Assembly (NCBI GenBank): GCA_017610205.1
Contig: JAFCCL010000006.1
Coordinates: 58,553 to 122,552 of the forward strand
Direction: 5' to 3'
DNA length: 64,000 nt
Source of the DNA: Candidatus Iainarchaeum sp.
Lineage (GTDB): Archaea > Iainarchaeota > Iainarchaeia > Iainarchaeales > GCA-2688035
A program made the translations under genes and the position numbers. Positions 38,484 through 49,228 of this stretch are shown here, one piece after another. The notes beneath the pieces are model-generated. The model searched no databases, was not told where the DNA came from, and saw only the letters and a list, made by a program, of their open reading frames with translations. The first letter of the stretch is position 1; the number at the start of each line of letters is the position of its first letter.

Positions 38484-38609
38484 CTCCCAACCCCCACCTC
38501 CTTCGCCAGATACATTTCCTCCCCTTAAATGCCCACCTCCTTTGCCTTAATAACTCTTCAAATTTTTTAAGAGATAGGTTTATATTTTTCCAATTCGTTT
38601 GTTTAACTT

Positions 38610-41201
38610 ATGGCAATTAAGGAAATTGGAAAGGGCGAAAATATTATTGGAAGAAGCCTTAAAGATCTTTCAAAATATGGAAAGGAAGGAACAGGATATC
38701 TTGGCAAGGTCTTAATGTCAAGCGGTGAAAGGCCTGTTCTTGGAAGCAAAATTCTTGTTGATGTTGCAAGACCACACCTTATGTTAATTTGCGGAAAGAG
38801 AGGTGGAGGAAAGTGCCTTGCAGGCGACACTCTTATTACAATGGACGACGGTTCGCTTGTAGAAATAAAAGACTTAGAACACGACTCACGTGGTGTTGTG
38901 TCAATGAATGAAAATTACAAAATTGGCAAAACACCAAAGCAAGAATTTTTCAAGCGACCAGTAGAAAAGCTTTTAGAGGTTGAATTTAGAAGCGGGCGAA
39001 AGATAAAGCTTACACCAGAACATCCTTTGCTTACAATTGAAGGCTGGAAACCCTTAGAGCAACTTTCAAAAGGCAGCAGGATTGCAACACCGAGAAAACA
39101 AGAAGTTTTTGGCAACGGGTTCTTACGCGAATGTGAGGTAAAGCTTCTTGCGTACTTAATTGCGGAGGGGCACATGGCAAGAAGGACTGTTTGGTTTAGC
39201 AATACCGATAAAAAAATAGTTTCCGACTTCAAACAAGCAGTACATGAATTCGATGAAAATTTGCAAGTTAATTTGAGCGGACAATACAATTGGCGTGTTG
39301 TAAACTCAAACCCAAAAACTAAAATTATAAAAGCCGTAAGAAAGAATGGAAAGTTTGCAAAAGGAACAAAGATTGCGCCAGTTAACACCCTAAGAAACTG
39401 GCTTAAAAACATTGAAGTATATGACTTGTTGTCACATGAAAAAACTATCCCACAAAAAGTATTGCAAATGCCAAAACAAAAACTTGCACTTTTCTTAAAC
39501 AGACTATTCAGCTGTGATGGCAGTATTTATTCAGAATCAGAAAGATATAGACTTAGTTATTCAAGTGTTTCCGAAAGACTTATAAGACAGGTACAGCATT
39601 TGCTACTTCGCTTTGGCGTGCTTTCAAAAATAAGGAAAAAAACAGCAGTGCTAGACGGAAAAAGCTTTGGTTCTTTTGAAATAGTAATTCAGGGCGAAAG
39701 CCTTGAAACTTTTCTGAAAGAAATCGGATTTTATGGAGAAAAAGAATTTAAACAACAGAAGGCATTGCTTGAAGTTCAGGCAATAAGAAAAAATCCGAAT
39801 CTTGACACTATTCCGAAAGAAATCTGGAAACAGTACAGGCCAAAAAATTGGGCAGAAATTGGAAGAAGCGTTGGATACAAAATACCAAAAAGCATGTGTG
39901 AAAGTATTCATTATGCACCATCAAGACAGAAAATGCTTCAGATAGCAAAAGTTGACGATTGCAAAATAATGGAACTGCTTGCAGAAAGCGATATTTTTTG
40001 GGATGAAATAAAAAAAATTACAGAATTAGCAGGAAATTTTGAGGTTTATGACATCAGTGTTCCTGAAAAACATAATTTTGTTGCAAACGATATTATAGTG
40101 CATAATAGCTATTCTATGGCAGTGCTTTTGGAGGAAATGGCTCGTGTTTCTCCAAGCGTAAGGCAAAGGCTTTCAGTAATAGTTATTGACACCGTTGGAA
40201 TTTTTTGGAGCCTTAAGATTCCAAACAAGGAAAATGTCAAAGGACTTTCAGACTGGGACTTAAAGCCTGCTGCAACAGACGTAAAAATAATGGTTCCAAA
40301 GGGAAAGCTTGGCTTTTACAAAGAAAAAGAAATTCCTGTTGACGGAGCTTTTACTTTAAAGGCTTCAGAGCTTGAGGCAGGGGAATGGATGGCTTTGTTT
40401 AGAATGAAGTGGTCAGAGCCTTCGGCCGTGCTTCTTGCAAGGGCTGTTGAAAACCTTAAGGAAACCCTTGGAACATATTACGGAATTTCTGACATAATTT
40501 CAATGGTAAAAAAGGACAATGAGTCTGACAGCAACACAAAGCAGGCTTTGATTAACAGGCTTAGGGCAGCACAGGCTTGGGGGCTTATTGAAAGGCAGGG
40601 AACAAAAATCAGGGATTTGGTAAAGCCTGGAAAGATTACAATAATTGATGTAAGCAGCTACAGGCAGGCAATTGGAATGGAGGGAACAAAGGACATTATT
40701 GTTGCATTGCTTGGAAAAAAGCTTTTTGAGGACAGAATGCTTTTCAGGAAAGAGGAAGAAATTAAAATGGTAAAGGGAGAGAAAAGGGAATCTTCAATGC
40801 CAATTGTCTGGATGTTTATTGACGAGGCACATATGTTTATGCCAAAGGATGAGGACAACCTTGCGTTAAAAGTATTGCTTGAGTGGGTTAGGGTTGGAAG
40901 ACAGCCTGGTTTGAGCCTTGTACTTGCAACCCAAAGGCCGAATAAACTGCATCCTGATGCAATAAGCCAGTGTGATTTGTTTATTTCCCACAGGATGACT
41001 GCAAAGCCTGACATAGATGCAGTTGGGGCTCTGAGGCCTAGTTATATGCATCAGGATTTTGACAAATATTTTGCAGAAATGCCAAGAAGCAAGGGGTTTG
41101 CATTAATAATTGATGACAACACTGAAAAAATCTGGATGATTAAGGTAAGACCAAGGCTTTCATGGGATGCAGGCGTTACTGCCTCTGCTTTTTTGAAATA
41201 A
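38610..41201 (+). CDS. HerA/FtsK-like (DUF87-type) ATPase containing an intein
   Basis: Walker A GKRGGGK|S split by the intein; IDTVG; Walker B MFIDEAH; GRQPGLSLVLATQRP. Confidence 0.9.
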   Translation: MAIKEIGKGENIIGRSLKDLSKYGKEGTGYLGKVLMSSGERPVLGSKILVDVARPHLMLICGKRGGGKCLAGDTLITMDDGSLVEIKDLEHDSRGVVSMNENYKIGKTPKQEFFKRPVEKLLEVEFRSGRKIKLTPEHPLLTIEGWKPLEQLSKGSRIATPRKQEVFGNGFLRECEVKLLAYLIAEGHMARRTVWFSNTDKKIVSDFKQAVHEFDENLQVNLSGQYNWRVVNSNPKTKIIKAVRKNGKFAKGTKIAPVNTLRNWLKNIEVYDLLSHEKTIPQKVLQMPKQKLALFLNRLFSCDGSIYSESERYRLSYSSVSERLIRQVQHLLLRFGVLSKIRKKTAVLDGKSFGSFEIVIQGESLETFLKEIGFYGEKEFKQQKALLEVQAIRKNPNLDTIPKEIWKQYRPKNWAEIGRSVGYKIPKSMCESIHYAPSRQKMLQIAKVDDCKIMELLAESDIFWDEIKKITELAGNFEVYDISVPEKHNFVANDIIVHNSYSMAVLLEEMARVSPSVRQRLSVIVIDTVGIFWSLKIPNKENVKGLSDWDLKPAATDVKIMVPKGKLGFYKEKEIPVDGAFTLKASELEAGEWMALFRMKWSEPSAVLLARAVENLKETLGTYYGISDIISMVKKDNESDSNTKQALINRLRAAQAWGLIERQGTKIRDLVKPGKITIIDVSSYRQAIGMEGTKDIIVALLGKKLFEDRMLFRKEEEIKMVKGEKRESSMPIVWMFIDEAHMFMPKDEDNLALKVLLEWVRVGRQPGLSLVLATQRPNKLHPDAISQCDLFISHRMTAKPDIDAVGALRPSYMHQDFDKYFAEMPRSKGFALIIDDNTEKIWMIKVRPRLSWDAGVTASAFLK
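38814..40106 (+). mobile_element. Intein with LAGLIDADG homing endonuclease (431 aa)
   Basis: Starts CLAGDT; block B LTPEHPLL; LLAYLIAEG and FLNRLFSCDG; ends VYDISV..HNFVANDIIVHN with Ser at +1. Confidence 0.95.
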
Positions 41202-41221
41202 ATCCTTTGCGGCACAGGCAA

Positions 41222-41935
41222 TTATACTGACAGGTGTTTTTCAATGCTTTTGCCTTCAAGCACTTCACACAATCGGTCAAGCCTGAAAAGCCTTTCCTGA
41301 GGGGCATCAACAGCAAGGGTTTTTTTGTCATGCCATACAAGCTTCAGACCATCGCATTCAAGAGAAATGTTTGAAGCAAGCCTTTTAGAAGACATGTATT
41401 CCACAAACGCCTTTAGGTTTTTTGGCTTTAAAACAATGCCGTTTCCTTCAGCTTTGAGCTTTAGGGCGTTGGCTGTTTTTTCAATGTCAATGGTCCCGAT
41501 AAAACGGGGTTTGAACACCGCTTTTTGGATTGAAAAGGATTCCATTGCCTGTTTTGCAAACTTTGTTGCTGCCTTTCCGGTTTCAAAAGAGTAAAGCCTT
41601 TCAGTTCTGTGCTTTTCAATAAAAAGCCTTGCTCTTGCCTCGTTTTCAAAAAAGCCGTCAATCCCCTTTTTTAGCTTTTCAAGATTGCTAAAAAGAAGCC
41701 TTGCCTGTCCAACAATTTTCTTTCCCTTTAGTTCCTTTTCAAATTCTTTTGCAAGGCTTTGGGTTTTGGCAGATGCTTCTTCAAAAAGTGCAAGGTTTTC
41801 AAAAATTGATTCAATTTCTTTTGGAAGGTCTGAAGCCTCTTTCAGTTGCCTGTTTGCCCTGAAAAGGTTTTTTTCGGTTTCCTTAACCAAGTTGGCAAGC
41901 TTGGCTTTGCCTAAATTCTTTTCCATAACTCCCAT
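41222..41935 (-). CDS. Hypothetical coiled-coil protein
   Basis: 237-aa ORF with host-like codon use. Confidence 0.6.
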   Translation of the reverse strand: MGVMEKNLGKAKLANLVKETEKNLFRANRQLKEASDLPKEIESIFENLALFEEASAKTQSLAKEFEKELKGKKIVGQARLLFSNLEKLKKGIDGFFENEARARLFIEKHRTERLYSFETGKAATKFAKQAMESFSIQKAVFKPRFIGTIDIEKTANALKLKAEGNGIVLKPKNLKAFVEYMSSKRLASNISLECDGLKLVWHDKKTLAVDAPQERLFRLDRLCEVLEGKSIEKHLSV

Positions 41936-41974
41936 TAAACAAAGGATTTTGAAATTATTAATTCTATCGGAAAT

Positions 41975-42046
41975 TGGACCCGGCCGGAATTGAACCGGCG
42001 ACCTTCGCCTTGTGAAGGCGATGTCATACCACTAGACCACGGGTCC
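41975..42046 (-). tRNA. tRNA-Val(CAC)
   Basis: GGACCCG...tcgcc-ttCACaa-ggcga...GTTCAATT...CGGGTCC plus A. Confidence 0.93.
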
Positions 42047-42112
42047 TGACTAATTAATTTTTCTTTAGGCAAATGTTTAAATATTAAATAAGCCCTAATC
42101 TTATTGGTTTAA

Positions 42113-43087
42113 ATGAAAAGATTGCTTTTTGCCTTAATTATTTTGCTTGCCGCAACAGGAGCAGGTGCTGCTTCAATTGATGTACAGGAAAGCATTCCTG
42201 CAAATACTGTCTGGAGCTTTTCAGTTACATTGCCAAACGGAACAGATTTTGATGATGCAGAGGTTTTGGTTGACGGAAGCAGGATTATTTCTTTCGAGAC
42301 TGTTGGTTCAAGCCAGACAATTCAAGCATTTGACGAGGACAGTTCAAGGCTTTTTTCAAGCACAGAGCCTGTTGGCAACACAGTTTATTTCCTTGTATCG
42401 CCTTTGGATGACGGAGAGCACAATATTGTTTTGAAGGTTGATGACAGCGAGGTTGACGAGGAAAGCGTTGACTTTTTTGAAATTTATGACGCTGATGAAA
42501 GGGCTGATTTGCAAAACCAGGTAACCAGCTTGAAGGGAAGCGTTAATACTCTTGTGTCACAATTTAACAGCATTGAAGAAAGTTTGGGAAGTGCTTTGAA
42601 AGAGGAAGACAGGCTTGCACTGCAGGCAAATATTGACAATTTGCAGGCGTCAATGTCTGAAGTTGAAACAGGTCTTGAAAGCCAAACCGGTGATAATCTT
42701 GTAAAAATAAATGCCTTGAATAAGTATTTGAATGAGCTTGAAATGAGAACAAATGAGCTTGTAAATCCACCGGTTACAGGAATTGGAATGGTGTCGCTTG
42801 GAAGCGTTGGAGCAGAAGCACAGGCTGGAATTCTTTTTGTAATTGTTGCCATTATAGCAGCTGTTCTTGTTGTAAAATTTAAGGACAAGCTTCCAAAAAA
42901 AGGTCTTTACAGTAAATCAAAAAGTGAAGCATCTGTTTTTTCACAGCATGATGAAGACATAGCAGACCAGGTTTTGACCGAGTCACAGAACGCTGAGAAA
43001 AGCGGAAAGTGGGCTATTGAAGGAGCAAAACCAGTAAAGCAGGAAAGAAAGCGCTTTAACGTAGGCGACCTTTTGAGAAAGGACTAA
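42113..43087 (+). CDS. Secreted, membrane-anchored coiled-coil protein
   Basis: Signal peptide, acidic beta domain, heptad region, one TM and a cytoplasmic tail. Confidence 0.7.
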   Translation: MKRLLFALIILLAATGAGAASIDVQESIPANTVWSFSVTLPNGTDFDDAEVLVDGSRIISFETVGSSQTIQAFDEDSSRLFSSTEPVGNTVYFLVSPLDDGEHNIVLKVDDSEVDEESVDFFEIYDADERADLQNQVTSLKGSVNTLVSQFNSIEESLGSALKEEDRLALQANIDNLQASMSEVETGLESQTGDNLVKINALNKYLNELEMRTNELVNPPVTGIGMVSLGSVGAEAQAGILFVIVAIIAAVLVVKFKDKLPKKGLYSKSKSEASVFSQHDEDIADQVLTESQNAEKSGKWAIEGAKPVKQERKRFNVGDLLRKD

Positions 43088-43122
43088 GCAGCACTGTTTT
43101 TAAAGATTGATTAGGAGCACTA

Positions 43123-43320
43123 CTACGTTTGGTCTTCAATGAATTTTGCAATGCTTCTGTCATAGCTCGCTTCTGCTTTTTTACCGAAATAACAGGCTGG
43201 AAGTTCGCCCCGTTCTCGGTGGAATTTTATGCATTCGCAGCAGATTCCTTTCTTGTCACAGTCGTAAGTGCAGTTGCATTCGTTCAGGTTTTTTTCCTTT
43301 TGGCACTCCGTTTGAATCAA
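43123..43320 (-). CDS. Small Cys-rich protein (DUF6485-like)
   Basis: [20 protein letters not shown]...LPACYF...YDRS. Confidence 0.7.
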   Translation of the reverse strand: MIQTECQKEKNLNECNCTYDCDKKGICCECIKFHRERGELPACYFGKKAEASYDRSIAKFIEDQT

Positions 43321-43450
43321 AAAAGTAAGGGGTTGAAAAACTATTTAAATTAAGAAGGCATAATAATACTGGTTTTTATGTCTGTTGAAGATTGTGTAAT
43401 TTTCGGATTTTTTTGAAGGGCAACAGACCATTGTTCCTATTTTACCTCCA

Positions 43451-44002
43451 ATGAACGAGATTGTTTTTGCAATAATTTTTGTTGCAATAACCTTGTTTGT
43501 TGCATATGTTGCAATAAAGATTGTGCAAAAAATTGTGAAAAAAGCTGTTGAGAAAAGAGACTTTAATCCAGACATGAAATATCTTGCATACATGGGTGTT
43601 TCCTGGGTTGGATGGTTTTTGGTTGTTCTATGGCTTCTTGGCGAGTTTGGGCAACAGGAACTGGTTGTAGCAATGCTTGCAAGCGGGGGCATAATTGGCT
43701 TTGCAATTGCTTTGTCTGCCAAGGACAGCTTGGCAGGCATTTTTGGAGGGTTATTTTTGCTGCAGGACAAGGACTTTAGTGTAGGGGACAAAATAAAGAC
43801 AGGCAGTGTTGAAGGGAGAATTATTGAGATAGGCATGAGAAAAACAAGAATTAGTCTGCCAAACGGAGTAATAGAAATTGTGCCAAATTGCAAGATTGAC
43901 AATGGCGGATGGACCCTGTTTCCAAGGGAAAAACATAGAAAAGGGCCTTTTTTAAAACTCGAAGGCCGGGCAAAAAAAGATTTCCTTGAAAAAAAGAAAT
44001 GA
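43451..44002 (+). CDS. Small-conductance mechanosensitive channel family protein (short)
   Basis: GFAIALSAKDSLAGIFGG...FSVGDKI...GRIIEIGMRKT...VPN. Confidence 0.85.
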   Translation: MNEIVFAIIFVAITLFVAYVAIKIVQKIVKKAVEKRDFNPDMKYLAYMGVSWVGWFLVVLWLLGEFGQQELVVAMLASGGIIGFAIALSAKDSLAGIFGGLFLLQDKDFSVGDKIKTGSVEGRIIEIGMRKTRISLPNGVIEIVPNCKIDNGGWTLFPREKHRKGPFLKLEGRAKKDFLEKKK

Positions 44003-44094
44003 ATTTTCCAAAAAAAAGACCTGTTTTTTGGAAAAAAAAAGAAAAAGAATAGGGGGCAAAGACCCCACTTTTCAATTACTTGTTTAACCTTCAA

Positions 44095-44313
44095 TTACTT
44101 GTTTAATGCTCCGGCTAAGATTGCACCGAAAGACAGTATTGCTGCTGATAATACAGCAAAGTCTGCACTAGGAGCCATTCCAAAGACCATTTCGCTTCCT
44201 GCACCAATTACCCAAAGAGTTATGCCAAAGAATATTACTGCAAGAATAACCAGCATAATTGCGGCAAGAAGGGTCAAAACAAATACTTCAAGAAATTCTG
44301 TTACTGCGCCCAT
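44095..44313 (-). CDS. Small two-TM membrane protein
   Basis: 72 aa, hydrophobic; GGAGGTGA RBS. Confidence 0.7.
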   Translation of the reverse strand: MGAVTEFLEVFVLTLLAAIMLVILAVIFFGITLWVIGAGSEMVFGMAPSADFAVLSAAILSFGAILAGALNK

Positions 44314-44462
44314 TGTTTCACCTCCTTTTGTGTTAAGGAAATTTATTAATGTTAAAAACTATGCAAGGTATGGTTTTTTGGTTTTTATAAGAGTTTGGAT
44401 TTGGAAAAAAACAGAACTTTTTAGGTAAATGGAAATTTGTGTGAGGGAGGACTCGAACCAGA

Positions 44463-44732
44463 TCATTTGTACATCCTGTCTTTCTTTTTATCAACTTTCA
44501 ACAGTTCTATTTTTTTATCTTTCCAGTAAACGTCATAAATTACTCTGATTTTCTGAAGGCGAACGCGGTAAGTATTTTTGCTTCCGCTTAATTTGACAAC
44601 ATTAAATTCATCAACTGGCACAGGGCTTTCCTTGAGTTTGAGAAACAGGTCAAGAAGTCTCAGTTTGCTTTTTCGTTCAAGTTTCTCAATTTGTTTTCTT
44701 ATTCTCTTTGATGGCTTGAGTTCAAATGCCAC
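44463..44732 (-). CDS. relE: RelE/StbE family toxin
   Basis: KLSGSKNTYRVRLQKIRVIY...KKDRMY. Confidence 0.88.
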   Translation of the reverse strand: MAFELKPSKRIRKQIEKLERKSKLRLLDLFLKLKESPVPVDEFNVVKLSGSKNTYRVRLQKIRVIYDVYWKDKKIELLKVDKKKDRMYK

Positions 44733-44738
44733 ATTTGC

Positions 44739-44939
44739 TCACTTTGAAAGAATAGAAAAAAGCTCTTTCTCGGAAATTGTTTCGCCATTCTTGATTTCTT
44801 GCCTTATCTTATTCAATTCTGCAAGCTCTTTTTTGCTTAGGTTTACTTCTGGAATTAGCTTCTTTTCAAGCTTACCAACCTTTTCTTCTAAGCTATTAAG
44901 CTTCCTATAAACCATTTGCAAAGTAACATTTTGAACCAT
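44739..44939 (-). CDS. Putative antitoxin of RelE
   Basis: IPEVNLSKKE...EIKNGETISEKEL; lies directly upstream of relE. Confidence 0.7.
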   Translation of the reverse strand: MVQNVTLQMVYRKLNSLEEKVGKLEKKLIPEVNLSKKELAELNKIRQEIKNGETISEKELFSILSK

Positions 44940-44988
44940 AATTTCACATAGCAATATATTGCACTGACTTTGATTTAAATTTATCGTT

Positions 44989-45008
44989 TGCAGGGAGGAG
45001 GATTCGAA
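44989..45008 (-). repeat. Duplicated 3' end of tRNA-Leu (att-like)
   Basis: tgcagggaggaggattcgaa, identical to 45074-45093; degenerate third copy at 44438-44459. Confidence 0.85.
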
Positions 45009-45073
45009 AGCCGGAAAAATCCGGCTGAGATTTTCACTTCAATCCATCTCAACAGGGAACCTACGGTTCCCTA

Positions 45074-45157
45074 TGCAGGGAGGAGGATTCGAACCCCCGA
45101 ACGCACTAAGCGACAGCGTCCTAAGCGCTGCGGGTTTGACCGCTTCCCTATCCCTGC
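45074..45157 (-). tRNA. tRNA-Leu(UAG)
   Basis: GCAGGGA...cagcg-ctTAGga-cgctg, long variable arm, GTTCGAAT, TCCCTGC plus A. Confidence 0.93.
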
Positions 45158-45242
45158 CAAACCATTAATTTAAGGTAATAAAAAATGTGTTTGGCAAAGA
45201 ATTAAAGCTTTGCCCTTTTGGCATTTTTCCATTTTGACATTT

Positions 45243-45821
45243 TCAAATTGAGTCAAGCAGTTCGTGCAATGCCTTTTCTTTAATCCAGTCCCCTAGTTTG
45301 TGTGTGGCTTTTGCCCTGTGGGAAATCTTGTTTTTTTCTGCTTTGGTCATTTCCACAATTGCCTTTTTGTACCCGTTTGGAATGAAGATTTTTTCGTAAG
45401 GCATTCTGTTAGCATTTGGTTTTATCACTTTTGAGGTTATCTTTCCTTCAAGTTTTCCTTCAAAGAATTTGTGCTCTGAACCGTCAAAAAAGCATATTGT
45501 GCAAAGGAAAAAGGCGTTTCTGTCCTTGCCTTTAAGCAATTTAAGCAGTCCTTCCAGCCCCAGGCTTTCAAACATTCGTTTGGGCTGGGTTCCTGGAAAG
45601 TTCTTGTAGGCCTTGAACCATACACCTGTGTCCTCTGTTATTACTGAGGTTCTAAGCTGTTCAAAGGCCTGTTTTGCCTTGTCCAAGGCAATCTTTTTAG
45701 GGCTTGTTGAGTCAATTTCTTCAATTTTTGGGTTTGCATGGTCAATTTCAAGACCGTATTCTTTGAGAACTTCTGAAACCTCTTCAACCTTGTGACTGTT
45801 TCCTGTTGCAAAGTAAAGCAT
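45243..45821 (-). CDS. rdgB: Non-canonical purine NTP pyrophosphatase (Ham1/RdgB)
   Basis: FATGNSHKVEE, TEDTG, FPG, EKNKISHRAKA. Confidence 0.92.
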   Translation of the reverse strand: MLYFATGNSHKVEEVSEVLKEYGLEIDHANPKIEEIDSTSPKKIALDKAKQAFEQLRTSVITEDTGVWFKAYKNFPGTQPKRMFESLGLEGLLKLLKGKDRNAFFLCTICFFDGSEHKFFEGKLEGKITSKVIKPNANRMPYEKIFIPNGYKKAIVEMTKAEKNKISHRAKATHKLGDWIKEKALHELLDSI

Positions 45822-45838
45822 TATTTTTTGACACCTTT

Positions 45839-46759
45839 TTATAGTTTGAAATATATTGCTTTAACTGCGTAATTGTACATTATTTCAAATATAAGAATCC
45901 ATGTTATTGCAAAGGCTGCTGCAAGCAAAAATGGCTCTTTTAGGAAGGGAATAAATAAGGCTGGTCCAAGTGTTGAAAGAATGAATGAAATTGCAATTCG
46001 GTGGTTTCTGAAAAAGTTTTTTGAAACCATTTTTTGCTTGTATTTGTGCTTTTCAGCTATTACAAAATCCATCAATGCAGTGTCCTCTGCCTTTTTGCCA
46101 ATTTCATTAATTATTTGATAGGCGTTTTCCTGATTGAACAAAAGGCCCCTTATGGTCATTGCATCCATTTTTTGCGAGGCAACTGTTTTAAGCAAAATTG
46201 GTTTTGGAATCCTGTTCCTGTACTTGCGCATTAAAAGCGAGAAATCTGATTCGTTTAATGGTTCTTTTATTATTTCCTCAAAAATTGCTATTTCCTGCGG
46301 CTGCCTTATTATTGTCCGGATTATTTCCGGCGGAATGCCTTGGCCTTTTGCTCGGTATGCACGAATTATTGAAAGTGTTAAACGTGGCGGAAGCAAGTTT
46401 TTGTTAAGGTGTTTTGCAACCTGCTTTATTGAAATTTCCTTGTTTTTTATTTTGGATACAATTCCGCGGATTTGAGAATCGTTTGAATAGTATCCCAAAA
46501 ACTTTCTTATTGGCATTATGTTTGCAATGCAAAAGCTTGCAAATGCAAGAATTAAAACAAAGGCTTCAAATTCAACAAAGTATTGAAGTATTAAAGGAAA
46601 ACCAAGCCATAGTAAAAAGATGAAGATTGCTGTGTGGTATAGGAATCGTGTTTCTTCAGGAATGTTCCAGCCGCGTTCTTCAAGCAATGTTAGGAAAACA
46701 TCTATTACGCTGAAAAAGGCGTTGTTTATTTTGTCAAAAAATCCCTTTTTTGGCTCCAT
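45839..46759 (-). CDS. Hypothetical membrane protein
   Basis: TM pairs at both ends flanking a helical soluble domain. Confidence 0.65.
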   Translation of the reverse strand: MEPKKGFFDKINNAFFSVIDVFLTLLEERGWNIPEETRFLYHTAIFIFLLWLGFPLILQYFVEFEAFVLILAFASFCIANIMPIRKFLGYYSNDSQIRGIVSKIKNKEISIKQVAKHLNKNLLPPRLTLSIIRAYRAKGQGIPPEIIRTIIRQPQEIAIFEEIIKEPLNESDFSLLMRKYRNRIPKPILLKTVASQKMDAMTIRGLLFNQENAYQIINEIGKKAEDTALMDFVIAEKHKYKQKMVSKNFFRNHRIAISFILSTLGPALFIPFLKEPFLLAAAFAITWILIFEIMYNYAVKAIYFKL

Positions 46760-46934
46760 GTTAAAACAGTAATATTAGGCGATTGGAAATATTAAGCTTG
46801 CCTTTTTGCAAAAAGTGGTATTTTTGCAGGAAAAAAAAGGAAATTATTCCAGTGTAAAGGCAATTACAGATAGTGATAGAAGGTGGCAAAAGCAATAAAA
46901 AGCGAATTAACATTAGTTATTACAGGGTGTTTTT

Positions 46935-48005
46935 TTGGAAAAGATTGATTTCAAAAATGTTTTGGCTGAAAAAAAGGAAATTATTTGGAAAGAGTACCAA
47001 AAGTATTTGCCTGGAAGTACAAAGCCTGCCTATGCACAGGACAGGATTCAAGAATACAAGGCAGAGGATGAATTTTTCTGGAAAACTATTTCTGATTACC
47101 CTGAAAGGCAGGGAAAGTATATTAGAGGAAGCCTGATAATGCTTGCGTGTGAGGCAATGGGAGTTGACGAAAAAAAGGCTGCTTTAACTGCTGCAGCAAT
47201 GCAGGCAAGCGAGGACTGGATTTTAATCCACGATGATTTGGAAGACGGTTCTTTGGAGAGAAGAGGCAAACCAGCACTTCACCACATTTACAGCATGGCT
47301 CAAACAATTAATGCAGGAGATGCATTGCATATTGTAATGTGGAAAATGCTTCGCGACAACGAAAAGATTTTGGGAACTGAAAAAACATTTAAGGTCATGG
47401 ACGAAATGAACAAAATGCTAATGCGAACAACGTTGGGACAAAGTGTTGAAATAAAGTGGATTGAAGAAAACAAGCTTGATTTGGATGACAAAGATGTCTT
47501 TTTTGTAATTGGAGGAAAGACAACCTACTACACTATTTGCGGGCCACTAAGGCTTGGTGGAATAATTTCAGGAATGAACGAAAAGCAGCTTGAGGCATTG
47601 TTTGAATTTGGAGTTCCGCTTGGAAGATGTTTTCAAATAAAGGACGATTTGCTTGACCTTACATCAGACTTTGAGGGATTGAAAAAACAGGTTGGAAACG
47701 ACATTTTTGAAGGAAAAAGAACACTAATGCTTATGCACTTACTTAAAAATGCTAAAGGAAACGATTTGGAAAAAGTAAAAGAAATTTTGGAGAAACACAG
47801 GGAAGAAAAAAGCATGGAAGAAGTCAAATTTATTATTGATAAAATGCACGAGTATGACAGCATAAAGTACGGTGAGCAAAAGGTAGAAGAATTGAAAAAT
47901 CAGGCCCTTAAGGCATTTGAAGAAAAGCTTGGCTTCCTAAGCCACAAGCCAGGCAGAGCAAAGCTCAAGGCGGCAATTGATTTTATTCTTACAAGGAAAA
48001 AATAA
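46935..48005 (+). CDS. Polyprenyl diphosphate synthase (GGPP synthase-like)
   Basis: GKYIRG, LIHDDLED..RRGKP, GQ, KT, FQIKDDLLD, DIFEGKRT. Confidence 0.92.
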   Translation: MEKIDFKNVLAEKKEIIWKEYQKYLPGSTKPAYAQDRIQEYKAEDEFFWKTISDYPERQGKYIRGSLIMLACEAMGVDEKKAALTAAAMQASEDWILIHDDLEDGSLERRGKPALHHIYSMAQTINAGDALHIVMWKMLRDNEKILGTEKTFKVMDEMNKMLMRTTLGQSVEIKWIEENKLDLDDKDVFFVIGGKTTYYTICGPLRLGGIISGMNEKQLEALFEFGVPLGRCFQIKDDLLDLTSDFEGLKKQVGNDIFEGKRTLMLMHLLKNAKGNDLEKVKEILEKHREEKSMEEVKFIIDKMHEYDSIKYGEQKVEELKNQALKAFEEKLGFLSHKPGRAKLKAAIDFILTRKK

Positions 48006-48016
48006 CCTGCCGGTGA

Positions 48017-49172
<1,156 letters not shown>

Positions 49173-49228
49173 GCTTTTTCAAAAGAAAAAGGCAAAAAGT
49201 ATTTTAACTTTGAAGACATAAGTATTAT

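Noticed and set aside
38481-38516. 11-codon minus-strand ORF (MYLAKEVGVGS) behind a GGAGG
   Set aside because: It is too short and better explained by the fold-back complementarity.
43345-44094. 249-aa minus-strand ORF
   Set aside because: It is antisense to the MscS-family gene and poly-Phe from A-tracts.
44988-45173. 61-aa ORF
   Set aside because: It is antisense to tRNA-Leu and its duplicated end.
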